A DNA stretch of 64,000 nucleotides, taken from positions 92,412-156,411 of the forward strand of contig JAVRCV020000065.1 of assembly GCA_034530615.2 (NCBI GenBank). Direction: 5' to 3'. The notes beneath the pieces are model-generated. The model did no database searches, was not told where the DNA came from, and worked only from the letters and a program-made list of their open reading frames with translations. The DNA comes from Aulosira sp. ZfuVER01 (lineage in GTDB: Bacteria > Cyanobacteriota > Cyanobacteriia > Cyanobacteriales > Nostocaceae). This document shows positions 53,214 to 62,531 of the stretch, in pieces. The translations under genes were made by a program, and so were the position numbers. Every line of letters begins with the position of its first letter. Position 1 is the stretch's first letter.

Positions 53214-53761
53214 GACAGCATTGCTATCCGAAAATTCAACTATCTCATTTCAGGCAAAGACTGAGAACTTTGATATTATGGCAGGCGATCGCCCGTAATT
53301 GTTCGTAGATCATCAAAAACTACAACCAATGTAGTATCGACAATGTTGCGAGTTATGTACCATAATTCTTTTTCGGATTCATGAGCAAGCGCTCACTCTC
53401 AACCTCTGAAGTATTTCGTAACTTAAAAATTAGCTGTTTTCATCCGTTGATAGCTCTGCATCCATCGCCCATTTGCTTGCGTAATAACACTTAAGTATAT
53501 GCAAGTAAGTATACGTAAAAAATAAAAAAAGTATTAACTATTTAAGGCTGAAACCCTTTTATTGATATAAATAACCAAGCAAATCTATAAGTATGTAGGT
53601 TGTATTAAATAAATAAATAGTCCAAGCGATCGCCTTCATAAATTCACCGTAAATACCCTGATATCCTCCCCCCCCACCTAGAGAAATTCCGCAATAACAC
53701 GGTTACGTCATTTTGTTGTTCAGATCAAAATGACGAATATCCAGTTTAGGAGGGTAGATTT

Positions 53762-54007
53762 GTGACAAGCCCTGTAATGACGGTTATTAGAGTCAATCTA
53801 GAGAAAGCGAAAGAGGTGGCTCTAAACTGGGAACGAGCTTCATATACTGAACTGAGTGCTTATTGCTTGGAAATTTTACGGGAGATTGGATGTTCTAGTA
53901 ATGAACTCCCGGTAAATTTACAGACTCGTGAGCAACAGCTCAATTTCATCGCAGGTTTCGCTTCTTATGCATTTGGTGAGGTGCTCAATGTCCAGAACGC
54001 TAAATGA
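53762..54007 (+). CDS. Small hypothetical protein
   Basis: GTG start with a strong AGGAGG RBS; overlaps the next ORF. Confidence 0.6.
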   Translation: MTSPVMTVIRVNLEKAKEVALNWERASYTELSAYCLEILREIGCSSNELPVNLQTREQQLNFIAGFASYAFGEVLNVQNAK

Positions 54008-54287
54008 AGATATCTTTAATGAACCCGAACAGGTAGAAGAAGTTAGTTTACCTGTTACAGAAGAAGATTTGTTTATTTTAATGCAGAAATTTGCTGGCTA
54101 TGAAATCCCTACAAAGGTTTTCTCGCAAGCTGTGGCTATTGCTGCTTATGACCGTGCATCAGCTTTCCGCTATGCTGATAACTATGTGAATATTCTCAAG
54201 AACAAGAGTAAGCGTAAACATTGGCTGAAATTAGAGCCTGCACCTGATTTCCGTCTCGATCAGAGATACGCAGATTTGAAAAATTAG
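53988..54287 (+). CDS. Small hypothetical protein (99 aa)
   Basis: ATG at 53988 preceded by GAGGTG; MSRTLNEDIFNEPEQVEEV... Confidence 0.6.
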   Translation: MSRTLNEDIFNEPEQVEEVSLPVTEEDLFILMQKFAGYEIPTKVFSQAVAIAAYDRASAFRYADNYVNILKNKSKRKHWLKLEPAPDFRLDQRYADLKN

Positions 54288-54493
54288 AGTTTGGAACCTT
54301 GCTGGTTCTACTGGAATTAGGGCTAAACACAAAATAAATCTGCATTGGCTAGGGAAAAGCTGATTTTTGCAGTTGAGGCTTACTCAACCAGATATATAAC
54401 TATTGATCTCAGCCTTTGTATCAAGTCTTCAGTCGCTGAATGCTTTTGCTCTAACAATATTTGAGTTTAGGTTTCTTGTCTGGATTTACGGAT

Positions 54494-54598
54494 TTAGGAA
54501 ATTGGCTGTCCTGCTTGCTGAAATTGTATAACATCCAAATCCAACACCTGTGTTATTTGTTCTAAAGTTAAGCTTAACCCTAATAATCTAGTACCACT
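54494..54598 (-). pseudogene. Remnant of an Rpn/DUF2887-type protein C-terminus
   Basis: The minus strand translates SGTRLLGLSLTLEQITQVLDLDVIQFQQAGQPIS*, like the RLL.LGL..EQIAQ.L.L tail of that family. No upstream body was found. Confidence 0.5.
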
Positions 54599-54988
54599 TT
54601 GCAGAAGTCAAAACTCAACAGGCTTTTATTCTAGACTTTTGCTCTATATTCGTAGACTCAGAATGTCTTCCTGCAAAGCACGGAAGTCTACTTAGACCGC
54701 ATTTTACTAGGTGAAGTTTCTAATTTTGTCTTTAAAGGACATATCTTGTCTACCTTCTAAACATACGTTTCCTAGAAACAGAACTCAACATTACCAGTTT
54801 TCCTCTCGATTCAAGCTAGAACTTTAGTAATTGCTGATGTTATATTTGCAAACTTATCACTTGCTGATTTGATAGTTGCTGTATCTTCATCTTCAATTAC
54901 TATTTTTTTGTCAAAGGTCAACAGTCAAAAGTTATTAGTTATTTCCCCCTTGTCCTTCTTGTCTCCCTCATCTCTCCCTTTCTATTTA

Positions 54989-55759
54989 CTAAGGAAATTT
55001 TCGCTCTCTTACTTCCAGTGCATAATCCTGTACAGCTTTAGTAATATTCTCTCGAAGGTTGGTATAAACTTTGGCAAATGGTGGTTGCTTTTCTGAAAGT
55101 CCAAGAACATCAGAGGTGACTAACACTTGTCCATTACAATGGATTCCAGCACCAATGCCAATAGTAGGAATACGGAGTTTTTCTGTAATACGCAGTGCTA
55201 AATCAGCAGGGATATGCTCTAAGACGATCGCAAATACGCCTGCTTGTTCCAGAGCGATCGCTTCGTTTAAAATTCTCTCTGCGGTTTCTTGAGTTTTGCC
55301 TTGTTGTCGCAAACCGAGTTGATGGACTGATTGTGGTGTTAAACCTACGTGTCCCATAACAGGAATTCCGGCTTGCACCAAACGCGCAATAGTTTCTACC
55401 ATTGCTGGGTAGCCACCTTCTAATTTGACAGCTTGAGCGCCTGTTTCTTTTAGCACCAGCCCAGCTGAGTGCATTGCTTGTTGAATGCTTTCTTGATAAG
55501 TCAAAAAAGGCAAATCTACCACAACTAAAGCGCGTTTCACACCACGGCGCACGGCTTTAGCATGATAGAGCATCTCCTCTAAAGTAATTGGCAATGTTGT
55601 CTCATAACCCAGAACTACCGCCATAGAGTCGCCTACAAGGATTAAGTCTACCCCAGCTGCATCGAGAAGTTGGGCGATCGCATAATCCCAGGCGGTCAAC
55701 GCTACGATTGAACGTCCTTGTTGTTTCCATTGAATTAATTGCTGGGTGGTAACTACCAT
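54989..55759 (-). CDS. panB: 3-methyl-2-oxobutanoate hydroxymethyltransferase
   Basis: [19 protein letters not shown] and TIGIGAG motifs. Confidence 0.95.
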   Translation of the reverse strand: MVVTTQQLIQWKQQGRSIVALTAWDYAIAQLLDAAGVDLILVGDSMAVVLGYETTLPITLEEMLYHAKAVRRGVKRALVVVDLPFLTYQESIQQAMHSAGLVLKETGAQAVKLEGGYPAMVETIARLVQAGIPVMGHVGLTPQSVHQLGLRQQGKTQETAERILNEAIALEQAGVFAIVLEHIPADLALRITEKLRIPTIGIGAGIHCNGQVLVTSDVLGLSEKQPPFAKVYTNLRENITKAVQDYALEVRERKFP

Positions 55760-55848
55760 TGCCAATTATTAAGATTTTGCAGTTTTTGTAATTTATTATT
55801 CGTCATTGGTCATTTGTTCTTGGCAAATGACCAATAACAAAAGACTAA

Positions 55849-56940
55849 TCATTTCACAGCACGACTAAAAGCAAGATGGGTTTGTGCACTACCCACTTTG
55901 GGCATTAACCAAGCTAAACCTTCACTAGTGCCAATCCACAATTTATTGGCGATATCAGGTGCAAGGGCCAGTACCCGGCTAGAAGGAAGTCCTGCAACTT
56001 CGTCCAATACAGCTCCTGTATTTGGATTTAATCGTAACAAACCATTGTTCGTACCGATCCAAACACTACCATCTTGGGCAAAGCGCACTGCTGTCACATT
56101 ACGTCCGCGCAAGCGAGTCACAGACCGCAACACTGCACCAGTTTTTGGGTTAATCACCAGCAAATTATTCGGCATCCCTGCCCAAATTAACCCTTCTGGG
56201 CTAATAGCCAAAGCTTGCACTGTCGTACCCGGTAAATCAGCAATTCGCTTCATAATTAAAGCATTAGCAGTATTTACTCGGAGCAGTCCGTCTAGAGTGC
56301 CTACCCAAAGTTGGCCGTCCGCATCTAAAGTCAAGGCGTTAGCACTAACACCAGGCAGATTTTTTAAGGTGGTCATAATTAAGCCTTGGTCAGGACTAAC
56401 TAAGGCTAAACCGTTATCAGTTCCAGTCCACAAATAACCCCGTTTGTCAACCAATAGCGATAACACCCGTTTGGAAGGCAAAAATAAATTCTGCGCCGTG
56501 ATTTCACTAGTGCGGGGTTCGACGCGGATCAGTCCCTCATAGTTTCCTACCCACACCCGCCCTACTTTATCTTGGGCTAAAGCACTAATAGCAACATTAG
56601 GTAGACTCACACGAGAGACAATCTTGCCAGTTTTGGGGTCAATGCGTGACAAGCCTCGCCAAGAAGCTACCCAGAGATTTCCTGTAACATCAGCTAACAA
56701 GTTGCTGACACGATAATCTGTTTCGATTGAATGCTCTTCTAGTTCCCGTTGATCTGGTAAGGGGTCTACTCGCGCAGGTGGTGCAGAAGGCGGGTAAGAG
56801 GTAGTTTTTGGCTTAGTGGGAGCAGGAATAACAGTTTTTTGGGCTGTTGCTGGATTTGTCAACCAGATAATTCCCATACTTGGCAGTACCATCATTCCTG
56901 CCAGGATAGAAGTAATCAATATACTAGTACGCTTAACCAC
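55849..56940 (-). CDS. Exported beta-propeller protein (two-component-regulator propeller-like repeats)
   Basis: Signal-like N-terminus and repeated D..G.LW.GT..GL units. Confidence 0.8.
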   Translation of the reverse strand: MVKRTSILITSILAGMMVLPSMGIIWLTNPATAQKTVIPAPTKPKTTSYPPSAPPARVDPLPDQRELEEHSIETDYRVSNLLADVTGNLWVASWRGLSRIDPKTGKIVSRVSLPNVAISALAQDKVGRVWVGNYEGLIRVEPRTSEITAQNLFLPSKRVLSLLVDKRGYLWTGTDNGLALVSPDQGLIMTTLKNLPGVSANALTLDADGQLWVGTLDGLLRVNTANALIMKRIADLPGTTVQALAISPEGLIWAGMPNNLLVINPKTGAVLRSVTRLRGRNVTAVRFAQDGSVWIGTNNGLLRLNPNTGAVLDEVAGLPSSRVLALAPDIANKLWIGTSEGLAWLMPKVGSAQTHLAFSRAVK

Positions 56941-57456
56941 GGTGATATCCCTTGAAAGACAGTACCCTAGCCATTAGGCTGCTGACAGAAGTCGGGTAAA
57001 GGAGAAGGAGAAAAACTTAATAGAGATTGATTTTCTCGTTTCCCACCGCTAAAAAACTCTGTTGCGGAAATTAGCTGGGGGTTAATTTCAGTGTTCCCCT
57101 CGCTGGGATTTTTTAAACGCCTTCAGCAATTTTTCTCTTGTATTGGGGATGAGGGAACTCAGGGATATGGTACTGGAGGGAATAGAGGCTAGGGGCTAGA
57201 ACACTAAAGTTTGTATTGAGCAAGAAAGAAAAACACGGGAAATTATTGAGGAGTTTTTCCCTTACATTTCTTGCCTACTAAGCTTTTGCTTGTCTTCGAT
57301 CCGATAGAGAAATTTCTAATTGTAACTGCTCATACAAGCATAGATGAGTACTTGTAAAGCATTCTTAACAAAATGTTTAAAACTTTATGTAATAACAAAT
57401 TTAAATAAATAAGTTAAAAAGTTTCAAAGTATAACTTATCGATTTCTTGATATATT

Positions 57457-57470
57457 GTGAGACAAGTTAC
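57457..57470 (+). promoter_or_regulatory. NtcA-type site in the rbcL promoter
   Basis: GTG-AGACAAGT-TAC (within TGT-N10-ACA) directly after a TATATT -10-like box, about 500 nt upstream of rbcL. It resembles the repressing NtcA site I recall for Anabaena rbcL. Confidence 0.65.
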
Positions 57471-57960
57471 AAATTACGTGGTGTGCAATTTTTGTCTTGC
57501 GCTCACCACTCCATCTAAACCTACCTCAGTCAAAATTGTTCCTATTTTCCTGGTAAATCAAGGAAATTCAGGAGATTTTCCAGAGAGAAAGCCCACAACT
57601 CTAGCTACTGTTCAGAGATAATGGGCAAGAGGCAGCCTTGTGAAGCAGCAAGGTTAATTGGGGTAGACAAGGTTTGAAGGAGTGCGAGAAAGAGATAAAA
57701 AGAATTTATATGCCTAGGACAGAGGAAGAGTCAGAAGTACACAGTCGTGTATCTCGAAAAATCAAGGAAGCTGGTGATGATGTCTTGGATACTTCACCAA
57801 ATGTTCCTGAATAAAAACCACTACCCTTTGCTATAGACAACCCCTAAAAAATTTTTCTGTGCTTTTCCCTGCTACCAGGGGAAAGAAAGCAGTGGGGGGA
57901 AATTGCCTGCCACGTGATTTGATTTAAGTAACAAAGTGTGACTTCTTGGAAGGATAAAGT

Positions 57961-59391
57961 ATGTCTTACGCTCAAACGAAGACTCAGTCAAAAACTGGGT
58001 ATCAAGCCGGGGTTAAAGATTATAGACTGACTTACTACACCCCCGATTACACACCTAAAGATACAGATGTTCTGGCCGCTTTCCGGATGACTCCCCAACC
58101 CGGAGTTCCACCCGAAGAAGCTGGTGCTGCTGTAGCTGCTGAGTCTTCCACAGGTACTTGGACCACCGTATGGACAGACTTGCTCACTGACCTAGACCGC
58201 TACAAAGGTCGTTGCTACGATATTGAACCCGTTGCTGGTGAAGACAACCAATACATTGCATACGTTGCTTATCCTCTAGACTTGTTTGAGGAAGGCTCCG
58301 TCACCAACATGTTGACCTCTATCGTAGGTAACGTGTTTGGTTTCAAAGCCTTACGGGCACTGCGTTTAGAAGACTTACGGATTCCAGTTGCTTATCTAAA
58401 GACCTTCCAAGGACCTCCTCACGGTATCCAAGTTGAGCGTGACAAATTAAACAAATACGGTCGTCCTTTACTGGGTTGTACAATCAAACCCAAATTAGGT
58501 CTGTCTGCTAAGAACTACGGACGCGCTGTATACGAGTGTTTGCGCGGTGGTTTGGACTTCACCAAAGACGACGAAAACATCAACTCTGCACCATTCCAAC
58601 GTTGGCGCGATCGCTTCTTGTTTGTAGCAGAAGCAATCCACAAAGCACAAGCAGAAACCGGCGAAATCAAAGGTCACTACCTAAACGTTACCGCCCCCAC
58701 CTGCGAACAAATGTTGCAACGGGCTGAGTTCGCTAAAGAACTCAAAATGCCCATCATCATGCACGACTACCTAACCGCAGGTTTCACCGCCAACACCACA
58801 TTGGCTCGTTGGTGCCGTGATAACGGTATTCTGCTGCACATCCACCGCGCGATGCACGCTGTAATCGACCGTCAAAAGAACCACGGTATCCACTTCCGCG
58901 TTTTGGCTAAAACCCTGCGGATGTCTGGTGGTGACCACATTCACACCGGTACAGTGGTTGGTAAATTGGAAGGTGAACGCGGCATCACAATGGGCTTCGT
59001 TGACCTGTTGCGCGAAAACTATGTTGAACAAGACAAGTCTCGCGGTATTTACTTCACCCAAGACTGGGCTTCTATGCCTGGTGTAATGGCAGTTGCTTCT
59101 GGTGGTATCCACGTATGGCACATGCCTGCACTAGTAGAAATCTTTGGTGATGACTCCGTTCTCCAATTCGGTGGTGGTACACTCGGTCACCCCTGGGGTA
59201 ACGCACCTGGTGCAACCGCTAACCGCGTGGCTTTGGAAGCTTGTATCCAAGCTCGTAACGAAGGCCGTAACTTGGCTCGTGAAGGTAACGACGTTATCCG
59301 CGAAGCTGCTAAGTGGTCTCCAGAACTAGCTGTAGCCTGCGAATTGTGGAAAGAAATTAAATTTGAATTCGAGGCAATGGATACCGTCTGA
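57961..59391 (+). CDS. rbcL: RuBisCO large subunit (form IB)
   Basis: [11 protein letters not shown] catalytic motif; 476 aa. Confidence 0.99.
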   Translation: MSYAQTKTQSKTGYQAGVKDYRLTYYTPDYTPKDTDVLAAFRMTPQPGVPPEEAGAAVAAESSTGTWTTVWTDLLTDLDRYKGRCYDIEPVAGEDNQYIAYVAYPLDLFEEGSVTNMLTSIVGNVFGFKALRALRLEDLRIPVAYLKTFQGPPHGIQVERDKLNKYGRPLLGCTIKPKLGLSAKNYGRAVYECLRGGLDFTKDDENINSAPFQRWRDRFLFVAEAIHKAQAETGEIKGHYLNVTAPTCEQMLQRAEFAKELKMPIIMHDYLTAGFTANTTLARWCRDNGILLHIHRAMHAVIDRQKNHGIHFRVLAKTLRMSGGDHIHTGTVVGKLEGERGITMGFVDLLRENYVEQDKSRGIYFTQDWASMPGVMAVASGGIHVWHMPALVEIFGDDSVLQFGGGTLGHPWGNAPGATANRVALEACIQARNEGRNLAREGNDVIREAAKWSPELAVACELWKEIKFEFEAMDTV

Positions 59392-59437
59392 TCCTCAAGT
59401 AACTAGTAAAAAGTTAAAAGGTAAAAAAAACTTTTTA

Positions 59438-59494
59438 CCCTTACGGGTTCGCCACTTACTATAAGCCGGGAAACCCGTCCAACGTAGTGGCTCA
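59438..59494 (+). repeat. Small dispersed repeat inserted in the rbcL-rbcX spacer hairpin
   Basis: CGCCACTT...CGGGAAACCCG..CAACGTAGTGGCT interrupts the (ACTTTTT)n arm of an STRR inverted repeat. Confidence 0.6.
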
Positions 59495-59538
59495 CTTTTT
59501 ACTTTTGACTTTTTACTTTTTATGGGCTGGGGTCAAGC

Positions 59539-59946
59539 ATGAATCTTAAGCAAATTGCGAAAGACACAGCCAAGACTCTCCAAAGTTACCTGACTTATCA
59601 GGCACTAAGGACGGTACTGGCACAGCTAGGCGAAACTAATCCTCCATTGGCAATTTGGCTACATAATTTTTCTGCTGACAAAATTCAGGATGGAGAATCT
59701 TATATTGCCCAATTGTTAAAAGAGAAGCCAGATTTGGCATTGCGGATAATGACTGTCAGAGAACACATTGCTGAGGAGATTGCAGAATTCTTACCGGAAA
59801 TGGTTCGTACTGGTATTCAGCAAGCCAATATGGAACAGCGTCGCCAGCATCTAGAGCGAATCACTCTCATAGAGACATCAAACCCCAGTCTGCAACAGGA
59901 ACAGCAAACAAGCTCAGATCCAAATTTGGATAACTTATCTAGTTAG
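59539..59946 (+). CDS. rbcX: RuBisCO assembly chaperone RbcX
   Basis: [22 protein letters not shown]; located between rbcL and rbcS. Confidence 0.97.
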   Translation: MNLKQIAKDTAKTLQSYLTYQALRTVLAQLGETNPPLAIWLHNFSADKIQDGESYIAQLLKEKPDLALRIMTVREHIAEEIAEFLPEMVRTGIQQANMEQRRQHLERITLIETSNPSLQQEQQTSSDPNLDNLSS

Positions 59947-59990
59947 CCGAACAACGTAGTCGTAAAAATCGCAACCCATTATCAACAGCT

Positions 59991-60320
59991 ATGCAAACTT
60001 TACCAAAAGAGCGTCGTTACGAAACCCTTTCCTATCTACCTCCCCTGTCTGACGCTCAAATTGCCAAGCAGATCCAGTACATCCTGACCCAAGGTTACAT
60101 CCCAGCAGTTGAGTTTAACGAGACTTCTGAGCCTACCGAGTTCTTCTGGACAATGTGGAAACTGCCTTTGTTTGGCGCTAAATCTACTCAAGAAGTATTG
60201 AACGAAGTTCAAGCTTGCCGTTCTCAGTATTCCAACCAATATATCCGTGTTGTCGGTTTTGATAACATCAAGCAGTGTCAAGTTCTCAGCTTTATCGTTC
60301 ACAAACCCAGCAGATACTAA
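59991..60320 (+). CDS. rbcS: RuBisCO small subunit
   Basis: [19 protein letters not shown] and IRVVGFDN motifs. Confidence 0.98.
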   Translation: MQTLPKERRYETLSYLPPLSDAQIAKQIQYILTQGYIPAVEFNETSEPTEFFWTMWKLPLFGAKSTQEVLNEVQACRSQYSNQYIRVVGFDNIKQCQVLSFIVHKPSRY

Positions 60321-60357
60321 AGCTGGCAAGCTGAATTAGTTAATTAATTCCCCCATA

Positions 60358-60388
60358 GGAGAGGTAGAATTATCTACCTCTCTTCTTT
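60358..60388 (+). terminator. Intrinsic terminator after rbcS
   Basis: GAGAGGTAGA-ATTA-TCTACCTCTC followed by TTCTTT. Confidence 0.75.
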
Positions 60389-60389
60389 C

Positions 60390-61022
60390 ATGAAACTAAT
60401 TATGAATTCCATACAGCTACCAGATCTGAGAATTTGTTTTGTTGGGGACTCTTTTGTTAATGGTACTGGCGACCCTGAATATTTAGGTTGGACAGGTAGA
60501 ATATGTATTAATGCTAATAAAAAAGGTTATGACATAACTTACTATAATTTAGGAATTAGACGAGATACGAGTACCGATATAGCAAAGCGTTGGCTACAAG
60601 AAGTATCAGTTCGCCTACCTAAAGATTCTTATGGCAGAGTCGTATTTTCTTTTGGGTTAAATGACACAACCATAGAAAATGGTAAAACTCGTGTAGACCT
60701 GATAGATTCTATCAGAAATGCTCGCAAAATTTTAACTGAAGCTAAACAGCTATATCCTGTTTTGATGATTGGCCCAGCACCATACGCGGAACCAGAAGAC
60801 CACCAAAGAAAAAAGAGAATTAGCGATTTATCAAAACAGTTTGCATCAGTTTGTCAGGAATTAAATATTCCTTATTTAGACATTTTCCCCCTATTAGAAA
60901 ATTCGACTATTTGGAGCGATGAAGCTATAGGAAACGACGGCGTTCATCCAAATGCAGGAGGTTATGCAGAATTTGCCCAAATTGTAGAAAATTGGGATGC
61001 TTGGTCAAGTTGGTTTAAATAA
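60390..61022 (+). CDS. SGNH/GDSL-family hydrolase
   Basis: FVGDSF, NLGI, FGLND and DGVHP blocks. Confidence 0.88.
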   Translation: MKLIMNSIQLPDLRICFVGDSFVNGTGDPEYLGWTGRICINANKKGYDITYYNLGIRRDTSTDIAKRWLQEVSVRLPKDSYGRVVFSFGLNDTTIENGKTRVDLIDSIRNARKILTEAKQLYPVLMIGPAPYAEPEDHQRKKRISDLSKQFASVCQELNIPYLDIFPLLENSTIWSDEAIGNDGVHPNAGGYAEFAQIVENWDAWSSWFK

Positions 61023-61054
61023 GAATTGCCTATACTAAATGCAGCAATATTTCT

Positions 61055-61771
61055 ATGAGGAACCTGCCAATGTCAGCATCGGCAAAACCAATATTGAGTA
61101 AAAAAATACAAATTCCACCCTTAGAAAGTGGCGATCGCCTCACTCGTCACGAATTTGAGCGTCGATATACAGCGATGCCAAATATTAAGAAAGCTGAACT
61201 CATAGAAGGAATTGTATACGTGGCCTCACCCTTACGTTTCAAAAGTCATGGGCAACCTCATGGTAATCTCATTGGTTGGTTGTGGACTTACAAAGTAGCT
61301 ACCCCAGGTGTAGAGTTAGGTGATAATGCTACAGTCCGGCTTGATTTGGATAATGAACCACAACCTGATGTTGTTCTATTAGTTGACGAACAACTTGGTG
61401 GACAAGCACATATTAGTGATGATGATTATGTAGAAGGCGCACCGGAATTGGTCGCAGAAGTTGCTGCTAGTAGTGCTGCTAATGACTTGTATGATAAAAA
61501 ATGGGTATATCGCCGTAATGGTGTTAAAGAATATATTGTTTGGCAGATATTCGAGAATAAACTCGCTTGGTTTCTTTTAGAAAACGGTGAATACATATCA
61601 TTAGATACCGATGCAACCGGTATTATCAAGAGTCGTGTTTTTCCTGGTTTATGGTTGGATGTAGAAGCATTATTAACAGGGAAAATGACACAAGTTTTGA
61701 CAGTTTTACAACAAGGTGTGAACTCTCAAGAACATCAAGACTTTTTGCAACGCTTATCACAAAAATCTTAA
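61055..61771 (+). CDS. Uma2-family endonuclease-like protein
   Basis: LESGDRL, EPQPD, APELVAEVA and GVKEYIVW motifs; start may be 61070. Confidence 0.88.
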   Translation: MRNLPMSASAKPILSKKIQIPPLESGDRLTRHEFERRYTAMPNIKKAELIEGIVYVASPLRFKSHGQPHGNLIGWLWTYKVATPGVELGDNATVRLDLDNEPQPDVVLLVDEQLGGQAHISDDDYVEGAPELVAEVAASSAANDLYDKKWVYRRNGVKEYIVWQIFENKLAWFLLENGEYISLDTDATGIIKSRVFPGLWLDVEALLTGKMTQVLTVLQQGVNSQEHQDFLQRLSQKS

Positions 61772-61836
61772 TATATTAATAATTTAAGATAACAAATACT
61801 ATTGTTAGCTAATGAAGCTATATAGAGGCAAAATTT

Positions 61837-62064
61837 ATGACTCAAATTACTGTAAATGAAGCATCTCAACACTTGCCTGAATTGATTGAAGCCGCACTCA
61901 GTGGTGAAGAAATTATCATTATCAAAGATAACCAACCTGTAGTTAAGTTAATTCCTGTGTCGCCAGTTAAACGCCGTCCTAAATTTGGGAGTGCTAAGGG
62001 TCTAGTAAAAATCTCTGATGACTTTGACGAACCACTCGAAGATTTTAAGGAATATATGGAATGA
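61837..62064 (+). CDS. Phd/YefM-type antitoxin (VapB partner)
   Basis: EA...LPELIE...GEEIII...PVVKL with a DDFDEPLEDFKEYM tail; ATGA-coupled to the PIN gene. Confidence 0.85.
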   Translation: MTQITVNEASQHLPELIEAALSGEEIIIIKDNQPVVKLIPVSPVKRRPKFGSAKGLVKISDDFDEPLEDFKEYME

Positions 62065-62441
62065 AGCAACTACTGGACACTCATACTTTTATTTGGTTTG
62101 TTATGGGCGATCCAAGGATCAGCATGAGTATGCGATCGCAAATTGAAAATAATGATAATTTGCTCAGTATGGTCAGTGTTTGGGAAATGGCAATTAAGTA
62201 TAGTATTGGTAAACTCAGCTTCAACGTTACCTTCAATGAGTTTATCGAACAGCAAACAATTATGAATGGTATTGAATTACTACCAATCAACATAGACCAG
62301 ATTTTTGTTGTTTCCACGCTCCCTTTACATCACCGTGACCCATTCGACAGAATGTTAATTGCACAGTCTATAGTGGAAAATATCCCTGTATTGAGCGCTG
62401 ATACAATTTTTGATGCTTATCCAATTCAGCGTTTGTGGTAG
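62061..62441 (+). CDS. vapC: VapC PIN-domain toxin
   Basis: LLDTH, SVWE, HRDPFDRMLIAQ and SAD motifs. Confidence 0.9.
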   Translation: MKQLLDTHTFIWFVMGDPRISMSMRSQIENNDNLLSMVSVWEMAIKYSIGKLSFNVTFNEFIEQQTIMNGIELLPINIDQIFVVSTLPLHHRDPFDRMLIAQSIVENIPVLSADTIFDAYPIQRLW

Positions 62442-62531
62442 TTAGCATTTCCTTTCTACCAAAAGATAAATGAAAAGTAGACACAAAAAAACTTAGCATT
62501 ATTTTAATAAGTCCCAGGCTAGAACAATTTT

